NCBI GenBank assembly: GCA_963674745.2
Contig: CAXXDV010000001.1
Location: 1,376,001-1,440,000 of the forward strand
DNA: 64,000 bases
Direction: 5' to 3'
Source of the DNA: Desulfosudaceae bacterium
Lineage (GTDB): Bacteria; Desulfobacterota; Desulfobacteria; Desulfobacterales; Desulfosudaceae
Part shown: in pieces, positions 20,097-32,000 of the stretch
How positions within the stretch are numbered: the stretch's first letter is position 1
Layout of the letters: every line of letters starts with the position of its first letter
The notes under the pieces: generated by a model
Databases searched by the model: none
What the model saw: only the letters and a program-made list of their open reading frames with translations
Told to the model about the DNA's origin: nothing
Position numbers and translations under genes: made by a program

Positions 20097-23000
20097 ATGA
20101 GGTCATCCCCCATGACGGCTTTGACTATCGACAAGAGATCGAAAATACGACAAAGACAAATACGCTATCGCCAGCTCATGATTCACATGATGATGGTAGT
20201 AATGATGCTGCCGGTGTTACTGGCCGGAACGCCTGACCTCTCTCTTGCCGCCACAACTGTCAGTGAACATATTCGGGCCAGCAAAACCTGGGACCTTTCC
20301 GGTAGCCCTTATATAGTCACTAATGAGGTATTTGTTTGTGACAACGCGAAATTAACCATTGTTGCCGGTGTTGTTGTTAAGTTTAACGCGGGTGCGAGCC
20401 TGAAGATTGGGTATAGCAGTACTTCCTGGGGCGCGCTTTCAGCCGTCGGTGAACAGGATAACCATATTGTATTTACTTCCAACGTCAGTCCGCAGAACCC
20501 CGGAGACTGGAAAGGGATATACTTCACCAGCGCCACAAGCAGTACTACCCAGCTTAATTACTGCACTATCGAATACGGCGGGCATACCAACAATGCCAAT
20601 CTCTATCTGGCTAATTCTGCTGCATTCTCCATAAGTGAAGTCATCGTCCAGAAGAGCAGTGGGCATGGAATATATATTAGTTATTCAAACCCTGTAATAT
20701 CTAACTGCCGGATAATTGATAACCAGTCTGATGGTATATATTGCGATAATGGTGAAGGCAGTACTGTCTATACTACGACAATAGCCGATAATTTGTTCGT
20801 GAACAATGGCGGCGCTGCTATCAATACCCGCGGATATATTAATTCAATAACCGGCAGCCAGGGATACGATAATGGCGTCAACGGAATATCGGTAAGAAGC
20901 GGTTATATTAGGGGAGACTGTACCTGGAGTGCTCAGGACCTGCCTTTTGTTGTCCAGGGGGATGTATCTATTATTAATAATAAAAAGCTAACAATTACCC
21001 CGGGAGCGATAATCAAATTTAACGCGGGAGCGGGCCTGAGGATTGGGTATAGCAGTACTTCCTGGGGCGCGCTTTCAGCCGTCGGTGAACAGGATAACCA
21101 TATTGTATTTACTTCCAACGTCAGTCCGCAGAACCCCGGAGACTGGAAAGGGATATACTTCACCAGCTCTACAAGCAGTACTACCCAGCTTAATTACTGC
21201 ACTATCGAATACGGCGGGCATACCAACAATGCCAATCTCTATCTGGGTTCTTCTCCGGCTGCATTCTCCATAGGCGATACAACCGAGGGTGAAGTCATCG
21301 TCCAGAAGAGCAGTGGGTATGGAATATATATTGGTGCTTCAAACCCCATAATATCTAACTGCCGGATAATTGATAACCAGTCTGATGGTATATATTGCGA
21401 TAATGGTGAAGGCAGTACTGTCTATACTACGACAATAGCCGATAATTTGTTCGTGAACAATGGCGGCGCTGCTATCAATACCCGCGGATATATTAATTCA
21501 ATAACCGGCAGCCAGGGATACGATAATGGCGTCAACGGAATATCGGTAAGAAGCGGTTATATTAGGGGAGACTGTACCTGGAGTGCTCAGGACCTGCCTT
21601 TTGTTGTCCAGGGGGATGTATCTATTATTAATAATAAAAAGCTAACAATTACCCCGGGAGCAATAATCAAATTTAACGCGGGTGCGGGCCTGAAGATTGG
21701 GTATAGCAGTACTTCCTGGGGCGCGCTTTCAGCCGTTGGTGAACAGGATAAACATATTGTATTTACTTCCAACGTCAGTCCGCAGAACCCCGGAGACTGG
21801 AAAGGGATATACTTCACCAGCTCTACAAGCAGTACTACCCAGCTTAATTACTGCACTATCGAATACGGCGGGCACACAAATAACGCCAACCTGTATCTGA
21901 GTAATGTCGCTTCCACCGTTCCTACCATTCAAAACAGCGACATTCGTGCCAGCAGTGATTCCGGGATTTATATAGCGACTTCAAGTCCCGTTATTTCCTG
22001 CAACAATATTATGGAAAATGTGGAAGGTATCCACTATGAATATGGTTCGGCTACTCCGACAATCGAAAATAATAATATCCTTGAAAACACAGGAATGGAA
22101 TTTTACGCAGGCACTGCCGTCACGATAGGCAGCAATTGGTGGGGACCGTCAGGTGATCCGGGTATTGTAGAGATAAGCGATAATGTGACCTATGGCGTTT
22201 TGGCTGAAATCGCATGCAACACCGGTGTGGTGGTGGATAATCCGCCCTATCCGCCGGCTAAGCCCAGTCCGGCCGACGGCGCCGGGGTGGCGATTTATGA
22301 GAACGGGGAATTGATTGATTTCACCACACTGTCATGGTCCTGTACCGACTATAACCCGGCAGATACGCCCGACCTGAATTTTGACGTGTATTTCGGCACG
22401 AACCCGGACGCGTTGCCTGAAGTATCTTCCGAACAGACAGACAATGCCTACACTGTTGCCAATTCCGGTCTTTCACTCAATACCACTTACTACTGGAAAA
22501 TCGTCGCCCGGGACAGCCAGGACAGCCTCGGCCGAATCATCTCCGGGCCGGTATGGTCGTTCACGACCAGTGGATACGCGCCGGCCAGGGTTACGAATCT
22601 GTCAATTGACGGCGTAGGTGACGGCAAGTCCGCCGTGCTCGACTGGGACGGTTACACCGACCCGCTGAATACCGTTATAGACCGGTTTGAGATTTATCAA
22701 TACGGAAGCACTTTTGATAAATTGGACTATGAAGATCCTGTAGCAGACCCGGTAAAAGTCGGCCAGGTCGAAGGCGATGTATTCACCTACCAGGCCGTCG
22801 ATCTTCAGCGCGGCAACACATACTATTTTGCCGTGGTGCCGGTTGATGAATTTAATAATTATTATACTGACGGCCTGACATCAGTTACGGGTACCCTTAC
22901 GGACGAGCAGGCCCCGGGTGAAGTAACCGATATTACAGTTGTCTCAGGGGCCAATCAACTGACATTCAACTGGACAGCGCCGGGTGATGATGACCTGGCC

Positions 23001-26000
23001 GGATATGAAATCTATTTTGATGATGCTGAAGTCCCGGCCACAATTGACGTTAACGACCCCAATAGCACAAGTTATACTGTGGACGATACCATGGATCCGG
23101 ATATCGTTCCTGCCTCAACCTATACGTTTAAAATTATTATCGTTGACGATGCGTCCAACAAAAGCGAGGGCCTGGAAATCAACGCCGCCACCCTGGTGGC
23201 CAACCCCGCTGCGCCTGATACGGTTGCCAATGACGGGTATGTCTCCTTGTCCTGGGATGAGCCGGATTCTTATGCTCGGGGTATAGCCAGTCCCATCAAG
23301 CGTTACGTCGTCTATAAGTCGGAAACTGACGCCATCACATCGCTCAACCAGATGACCTGGGCCTTGACCACCACGTCCACCTCGGCCAATGTGGCCGGCC
23401 TGACCAACGGCCAGAATTATTATTTTGCCGTGGCCACGGTGAATATCTCCGGCTGCAAGGACGATGCGGTCAATCTTTCCGGCGCGGTTGTGCCCCTGGC
23501 CGACGATATAGACCCCACCATCGGCGAACTTCAGTTTAACGGTACAACTTTTAACGAAGTTAATCCGCTGACCGGCTCCGGCGATTTTGAGCTTACCGCC
23601 ACGGACGCCTCCGGCATCAGCCGGGTGGAGTTTGTCGTGCTGGACGGCAGCAATGATGAGGTGTTCCGTACCACGGATTATTCACCGGTTTATACCTGTA
23701 ATATGGACCTGCTGGCCTTTCATAACCAGTCCTATACCCTGCAGGTCACGGTTTACGATACCATCGGCAATGAAGCATTTTTGGAGTATCCCTTTACCGT
23801 CGCGATGCCTGCGCCCGCCGTCCCTGTTATCAACAGCCCTGTCGACGGGTTCTCCACAAACCAGAGTGCAATAACCGTCAAGGGCACGGCCGAACCCCTG
23901 TCAACCATTACCTTTTACGTCAACGGCACGGAACAGCAGACGACCACCACGACCAACGCCTCGGGCAATTTTTCCGGCAGCGTCGATTTGGTCAAGGGCA
24001 CGTCGGATATTACGACAAACAATATCAATGCCACGGCCACGGCCGCAAATCGGCCTCAAACGAGCGGTCATAGCACCACCATTACCGGTTACCTTGATAC
24101 ATCCATCCCGGATGCGCCCGTGCATCTGACCGCGGAGCCGCTTGAAGGCGGAAAAGTCCACCTCACCTGGGACTGCATGGCATCCGATCTGGCCGGGTAT
24201 AATATTTACCGTCACACTGCATCGTTTGAGACCGCCACTGCGGCAATCAGGGTTAACAGCTCGCCGGTAAAAGTCCTCCAGTTTACAAATGCGCCGGAGG
24301 TGGAAGGCCTTTACTATTATAGTGTTACGTCCGTCAACAGCCTGGGCACGGAAAGCGCGTTGTCCAATCAGGTGGAGGCCCAGAGCGATGCTTCCGGACC
24401 CGAAGTCGATATTACCTATACGCCCCAGGGCCCTGTCAGTCCTGTTGACGGCGCCATCGGCCCCGGACGGGTGGACGTCACCCTGGTCGTCAACGAACCC
24501 CTCTTGACCACCCCGTTCTTCAGCATGGTGCCCGACGGCGGTGTCCTCATCCCGGTCGACCTGACCAAAATATCGGACACGGAATATAGCGGTTATTTTA
24601 CAATAGAAGCAGATACCATTTCAGCGGAAACCTATGCTGTATTTTCCGCCCGGGACAGGGTCGGCAACCGCGGCACCACAGTGCCGGCGGAAGACCAGTC
24701 GATTCTCGTCGATGCCCGCGGCCCGGAAGTGATCCGGCTGGATGTCACACCGGCCGCCCCCATTGATAACAACGGCCCTGTGACGGTTACCGCTGTCTTT
24801 GGTCTGGATGAGCCGATCCCGCAAAGCGATGACCATGATTACCCGGTCTTTGAATGGGAACTGTCCGGAGCCCCGGGGTCCTCATATCCGACAAACACGG
24901 CGGTTGAAATCGATCCCCAGCCGGAAGAAGCCCAGGCCTGGCGGGTATCTTTTACCATCCCGGCAATGGCGGTATCTGCCGACTATGAATACCTGTCTTT
25001 TTCCCTTGAGGGTATCGATTATCTGGGCAACATCGGTGATACCATTAGCGCCGACAATGCCTTTGAAATCTATCAGGGTAACCTGCCTAAACTGGATCCG
25101 CCCACCAGCCTGACCGGCACTTCTCTGCCATATGGAGATATCGAACTTTCCTGGGATGCGGTGGATAATGCCTCCGGATACAAGCTGTACCGTGGAACGA
25201 CAACAGGTGACCTTACTGAAATTTATGAAGCCCCGGCCGGAATCACCACCTATACAGATACGAACCAGCCTGGGGATGGCGACTATTTTTATGCCATTAC
25301 CAGTATAAGAGAGGAAAACAGCCTGAGCAGCGAAAGTGTGCAGCGTGTTCTGACCCAAAGCGTCAGTTCCGATTCCGCGCTTCCGCTCGCGCCCGCAAAT
25401 CTGTCCCTGGAACTGGTGCCCAACGGCATTCAGGCCACCTGGGAATATTCCGCTGCCGATCAGGTTACCTATTCTCTTTACCGGTCCCTGAATTCCATAT
25501 CCTCTGTTGACGGCCTGGAGCCGATTATCCAGGGCATCTCAATGGCCAACATTTCGGTCATCGACCCCAACCCCTCCGAGACCGACCACTACTATGTGGT
25601 GGTTGCCGTGGACGATGCCGGCAATATCTCTCCCTTGTCAAATAACGATGATCTCGACCCCGGCCTGTTGCCGGTCACCTCGCTTAATATCGTGCAGGAA
25701 GACCTGTCCGATCCGGTCATCTCCTGGACGACCACAGGAAGCAGTATTGTGGGATGCAACATCTACATGGGCGAAGCATCCAATGATGATCCACTGAACG
25801 ACACCCTCATCACCACCAATACTTACACTGACACAGGGTATGCAGAAGATCAGCGCACCTACACTGTAACCACTGAGAATAACAGTGGAACAGAAAGCCT
25901 GGATCGTGTTATCACCCTGCCCAAAGTGACCGCTGTCCGGGCTGCTGATGCCCGGATCGACCGCGGCATCATGAACGGACTGACCTATACGGTTACCAAT

Positions 26001-29000
26001 CATTCCAGCGACGATATCGATCCCATCCAGCTCCAGGTCGATGTTGTGCTGGAGGATGATTCTGAAAAATCTCATCTGTCGACTCCGTTCGCGCTCGCAG
26101 CCGGCGAAACCCGGGATGTCTCCGTCATTATCGGTGGTTATGAAAACCTGCTCGATAATACCGAGATCACCACCACCATCAAGATTACCGAAGATGTCAA
26201 TGAAACCATTGATATTATCCGCACCGGCTACATAGACGTGGGTGACGGCCTGCTGGGCCTGCGCCTGACCACGGAAACCTTCACCCGTGGCGGAGACGGC
26301 CAGGTCCGGTTCAGCCTGGAAAACACCTGCGCCGAAGAAATCGAGATTATCAGCGCCCGCAATTTCGGGGATGACCCCTCCGATCAAGTCGTTATTTTTC
26401 TGGAGGATTTTGAAGGCAACCCTGTGGCCACCCGGAGCTATAAGTGCGCCATCGCTCCCAGCGTCACCCAGACAGACGGCACCAGCGTGATCAGTATACC
26501 CCCGGGTCAGACTTTCGAATCCGAACTCATCACCATACCCGTGCCGGCCAACGCGTCCGACGATCTGATCGCGCGCCTGTCCATAGCCCATATCTATTAT
26601 CATTTCAACGATCCGGATCAGGTTGAAATGGGTGAAATGAGTACATCCCTGCCCGTGTCCCTGGTGGATACTTCCTACTATGGTGAAGTCACCTCGGTTT
26701 CTCCGGCAAACTCCTCCGGAGACACGGACATTACCATCTCCGGCCATGCCATGGAACGGGGAACCGGGGACGTCCTGTCCGGCGTGCCCTTGACCGTGGT
26801 CATCACCAATAACGGGTTTGAACGCAAGGCCACGGTCTATACCGACCAGAGCGGCTGTTTTGAATATCTGTATACCCCCACAATCGGTTCGTCCGGCACC
26901 TTCCAGGTCTGCGCCGTTCATCCCGACCTGACCGAACGGCCCGTGCAGGGCACCTTTGTCATTAACCAAATCAACCTGCAGTATTCCGCCTATAACCTGA
27001 CCCTTCCCCGGGGCCTTGCTTATGATGTCACCCTTGCAGCCACTGCCGGCAGCGGCACCGCTGCCACCAGCCTGGGCTTCGAATACCGGGCCCAGGACCA
27101 GGACGGCGGCGTTTTCCCGGCCGGTATAACCGTCACTCCCGGCACGTTCATCGATCTTGATTCAGGGGAATCAGCCCCGGTTTCTTTTACCATTGAAGGA
27201 GACCTTTCTGCAGCAGATACCAGCCGGATTGTTCTGCGCCTGGTCAGTAGTGAAGAACCCACCAACGGCTGGGACACCCTGGAAGTCAATCTCAGCCTGG
27301 TCGAGTCCAGGCCCTCCCTGTGGACCACGCCGGATTATCTTATGACCGGTATGAATACCGGCGACTATATCACCGAATCCGTTGTTCTGGAAAACAAAGG
27401 CTATGCCGACATGGAAAGTCTCTCCCTGTCCCTTATCAATAGTGACGGGAGTGCCGTTCCGGACTGGATCTATATCTCCTCGCCCACCCGGATCAGTTCA
27501 CTGGCAGCCGGCGCCACCTCAAATGTGAGCATTGTCCTGTCTCCGCCGGCGGATTTTGCCCCTGATGTGCTCTACCTGTACCTCAAAATCACCAGCGGAA
27601 ACCACGCGGATGTGAAAATTCCCATCAGCGTAACCGTCACCACCGATGTCACCGGCCAGGTCCTGTTCCATGTCAGCGATTTTTACACAGGCACCCCGGA
27701 TGATTATAACGAGCCGATTAACGGGCTGGCCAATGCCAGAATTCTTGTTCAGAATGAAGCAACCTTTGATGAATATACCCTGACCACGGATACCGAAGGC
27801 GAAGCCCAGTCTCCGCCCATACCCGTCGGCAATTACCGCGTGCGCGTCCGGGCGGATAACCATCAAGAACTTGTCGACCGTATCTGGATCAAGCCCGGTA
27901 TCACCCTGGCAAAAGAGATATTTCTTGCCAATCAACTGGTCACGGTCGAGTGGGAGGTGGTGGAAACCACCATTGCCGATAAATATGAAATTATTTATAC
28001 CGCCACTTTTGAAACTGATGTGCCGGCCGCCATTGTCGTGTCCGAGCCCCCGGTTATTGAAATCCCGGACGGCATGAAGGTCGGCGATGTCGCCAACGGC
28101 GAAGTGAAATTGACGAATAAAGGTCTGATCCGGGCGGAAGATATCGACCTGCCTGCCCCTGTATGCGAATATTTTCAGGTCGAATATATCGGCGTTCCGG
28201 AAAGCATTCAACCCCACCAAAGCGTTAGTGTTCCTTACCGCATTACCTGCCTCAAGCTGCCCTACGCGGATGCAGGGCAGGACGGTACCGGTGGAGATAC
28301 GGAATCAGAATACGATGAAGAGACCTGCAGCGAAAAAATCAGAAAATGCAATAAAGGATATTACACGTTTACGTGTTCCAATGGAACGACATTTAAAAAG
28401 GAGTTTGAGTCCTGCGTTGATTATACGGAACACTATCCACGTAATCCTGACGGATCCTGCGACTGGACCACTGATTCGAATAATACTGACAAGAGTGAAG
28501 CGGCAGATGATCTGATTGAGCAAGATCAGAAAGAATTTGAAAAAGAAATGCAGGAACTGATGGACAGCGGGGAATTAGCCGCAATGTGCGCGGGAGAAAC
28601 CGACGGATGTGAAGATGATGATGACGATGATGATTTCTGTGACAAGTTTGAAAAAGATCACAACCTTGATGAAACCGGGTCGGCCGTTGATTTGTTGAAT
28701 TTTATGTATACACGCGACGACACCGACCTGTCCTTGCAGGTGCCCGGCGGCCTGTTTGAAATGACCCGGCAGTATAAAGACGGCCAATGGGACTGGGGCC
28801 TTTCAAAGAAAAACCTGACGCTCAATTATGAGGATGACCAGATCGCGTCGATTGATAAAAACGGTATAATTTTCCGAAAAGTGCCGGAAAGTCCTTCGGA
28901 TGTAAAAGCGCTGTTTACCAACACCAGCTATAAAATCACCCAGCAGATGGACGATACCTTTGTCTGGCAGAGCCGCGGCGGAAATTATAAATTTTATGAT

Positions 29001-32000
29001 GCCCAGGGCCGGCTGACCGAAGTGGGTGATGCCAACGGCCCCCAGCGCTACCTGATATATAGCGGCCAGTATCTGATCGGGTATAAAGATAAAGACGATC
29101 AGCAGTTCTTGTGGCTTGAATATACCGGCAATCAGATTCTGCGTATCCAGGACAATAACAATCGTGAAGTTCAGTATGACTATACGGTTGATGGCTTGCT
29201 GGAAACCGTTACCTTTGTCAACGATTTAAGCGAAAGCAAGGTCATTTACGGCTATGGCTATGATGATGTCGGCAACCTGACGTCTGTCTGGCTGGCCGGT
29301 GACGGAGAGGTGGATATCCAGAACGACGATCCCACCTATACCATTACTTACAATGAATTAAATATGGCCAAGTCGGTCGTTGACAGCACCGGCCAGGGCA
29401 AATATTTCAGTTACAACTATTTTTCAGAAAGAAAAGAGCGTTACGCTTCTTCAGAAACCTCTGACGGTCAGATCAAAGAGATCTGGTATGACGACGAGGG
29501 CAATGCCAAACGCATGGATATCAATGGTGAAACCCAGTTTGCCATTGAAATAGACGGCCGCACCACCCGTATCACCAGAAACGGCCATACCACCTCAAAT
29601 TATTACGATGAATGGGACAATGAAATTAAAAGAGAGTTTCCGGACGGCTCATCCATCACCCGTGAATTCGAACGCAAGTTCAGCAAGATGACCAGCAAAA
29701 CAGACGAGAACGGCGTTGTCACCGAATACACCTATGATGACAAGGGCAACCGGACCAGCATGACTGAAGCTGTGGGGACCCCGGAAGAACGGACGACCGA
29801 ATACGAATACGAAGACGGTAACCTCATCGAAACCCGCATCCTGGGGGTAACCGATATTGTCACCACCATGACCTATGATGATGACGGCAATCAGACGTCC
29901 ATCACCACCGATGCCGAAGGAGACGCGGTAAAAACCGCTTTTATCCATGATATCATGGGTAATGTCCTGACCAGAACCGTGGATCCGGATGGTGTAAACC
30001 TGGTCTGGACCTATACCTATGACGACCGGGGCAATATGCTTTCTGTTGAGGACCCGGAACACCGGCTAACTCAATATGAGTATGATCTTGGCGGCAGAAA
30101 GACCAAACAGATCGCCCCGGATTTAACCGAGACCCTGTATGAATATGACAGCGTCGGCAACATGATCAAACAGACAGTGGTGATGAGTCCGGAGAACATT
30201 GTCACCACATTTGAATACGGGTATGACAACAAACTGTTAAAAACCATTGATCCTGAAGGTGCGGTTACAGAATATGTCTACGACTCCCGGGGCAGAAGGG
30301 TCAAAACCATTGATCCTGCCGGAAACGCAACAATTACGGCATATGATCCGATCGATTCAGGCGGATGCACTTCATGTTCCGGAAGTGCCGGCCAGCCTAT
30401 ACGGATAACCTATCCCACTTATGAAAAAGCCTTTGTCTATGACGAACGCAACAGGAAGATCGCCGAGAAGGTCATTACCGCTGAGCAAACCTTTGAAACC
30501 CTGTTTGTGTACGATCCGGTCGGTAATTTGATCGAAAAAACGGATAAAGATAACCAGACCACGTATTATGAATACGATGCCTTAAACCGGCTGATCCGGG
30601 TGACGGACCCAAACCAGGGCCAGACCTCTTATACCTATGACAACCGGGACAATATGACCTCTTTGACCGATGCCCAGGGCAATACCACCGAGTTTGAATA
30701 TGACGCCAACAACCGCCTGGTAAAGGAAACCCGGCCCGAAGGTGAAATAACGACTTATGATTATGACTTGATGGGCAACCTGATCGAAAAGATCGATGCC
30801 AAAGACCAGAAAACCGAATATGACTATAATAATGCCGGCCAGTTGGATGAAACCCGTTATTATGACGCATCGCTCACCCTGGTCAAGACCGTCAGCTTCA
30901 CCTATGATGACGCGGGTAATCTCGAAGGTTACAATGACGGTACGACATCTGCCGTCTATGTTTTCGACAAGGCCGGCAGAAAAACCAGCGAGACCGTGAC
31001 CTGTGGCGGCTATAGCTGGACCAATACTTACACCTATTTGAAAAACGGGCTCAAGGATACCTTTACCGGCCCGGACAATGTCACTTACACCTATATGTAT
31101 GACACGGCCAATCGTTTGGCCGGGGTCCAGATGCCTGCCGGTGTCGGATTTCTGACGGTCAACGGTTACAACTGGAACCGGCCGGCCGGCTTTACCCTGC
31201 CCGGCGGCGGCGCCAGGGAAACCCTCTATGATCCGCTGATGCGGATAAAGCAGATTATCGGCAAAGACCCGGGCGGGAACGACTTGTTGAATTATGACTA
31301 CACCTATGACACAATGGACAACATCACTTCCAAAGCCACCGAGCACGGGGATTATAATTACGATTACGACAATCTGCACAGGCTTGTTGATGTTGACAAC
31401 CCCGAGGTAGCCGGACTGGCTGACGAAGAATTTACTTACGACAACGTGGGTAACCGCCTGACCACAGAGGATAGTACAAGTGATTGGGGCTACAATAGCA
31501 ACAACGAACTTCAGTCATCTTCAGACACCACAGGGAACGCTGTGTACGAGTACGATGACAACGGTAACACCATTAAAAAGACTGTTGCTGGTGTTGTCAC
31601 AAATTACGTGTATAATGTAGAAGACCGCCTCACCGAAGTCAGAGACGGCTCGAATAATTTAATAGCCAGTTACTATTACGATCCCTTTGGCAGAAGATTA
31701 AGCAAGATAGTCGGTGGAACAAAGACTTACTATCATTACAGTGATGAAGGTCTGGTAGCTGAAATTGATTCTTACGGTAATGTCGTTAAGTCCTATGGCT
31801 GGCAGCCGGGTGGTACCTGGGGAACTGACCCACTGTTCATGAGAGTTGGAGGTGCTTACTACTTCTACCACAACGATCACCTGGGTACGCCACAGAAACT
31901 GACGGCTGCTAATGGTGCTGTTGTCTGGAGCGCTAAGTACAGTAGCTTTGGTGAGGCAGTTGTTGAGGTCGATACGGTTGAGAACAACCTGAGGTTCCCG

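Noticed and set aside
25638..26969. 443-aa and other long antisense ORFs within the giant genes, nqr and TCA genes
   Set aside because: These are shadow ORFs opposite well-supported genes, with no recognisable motifs.
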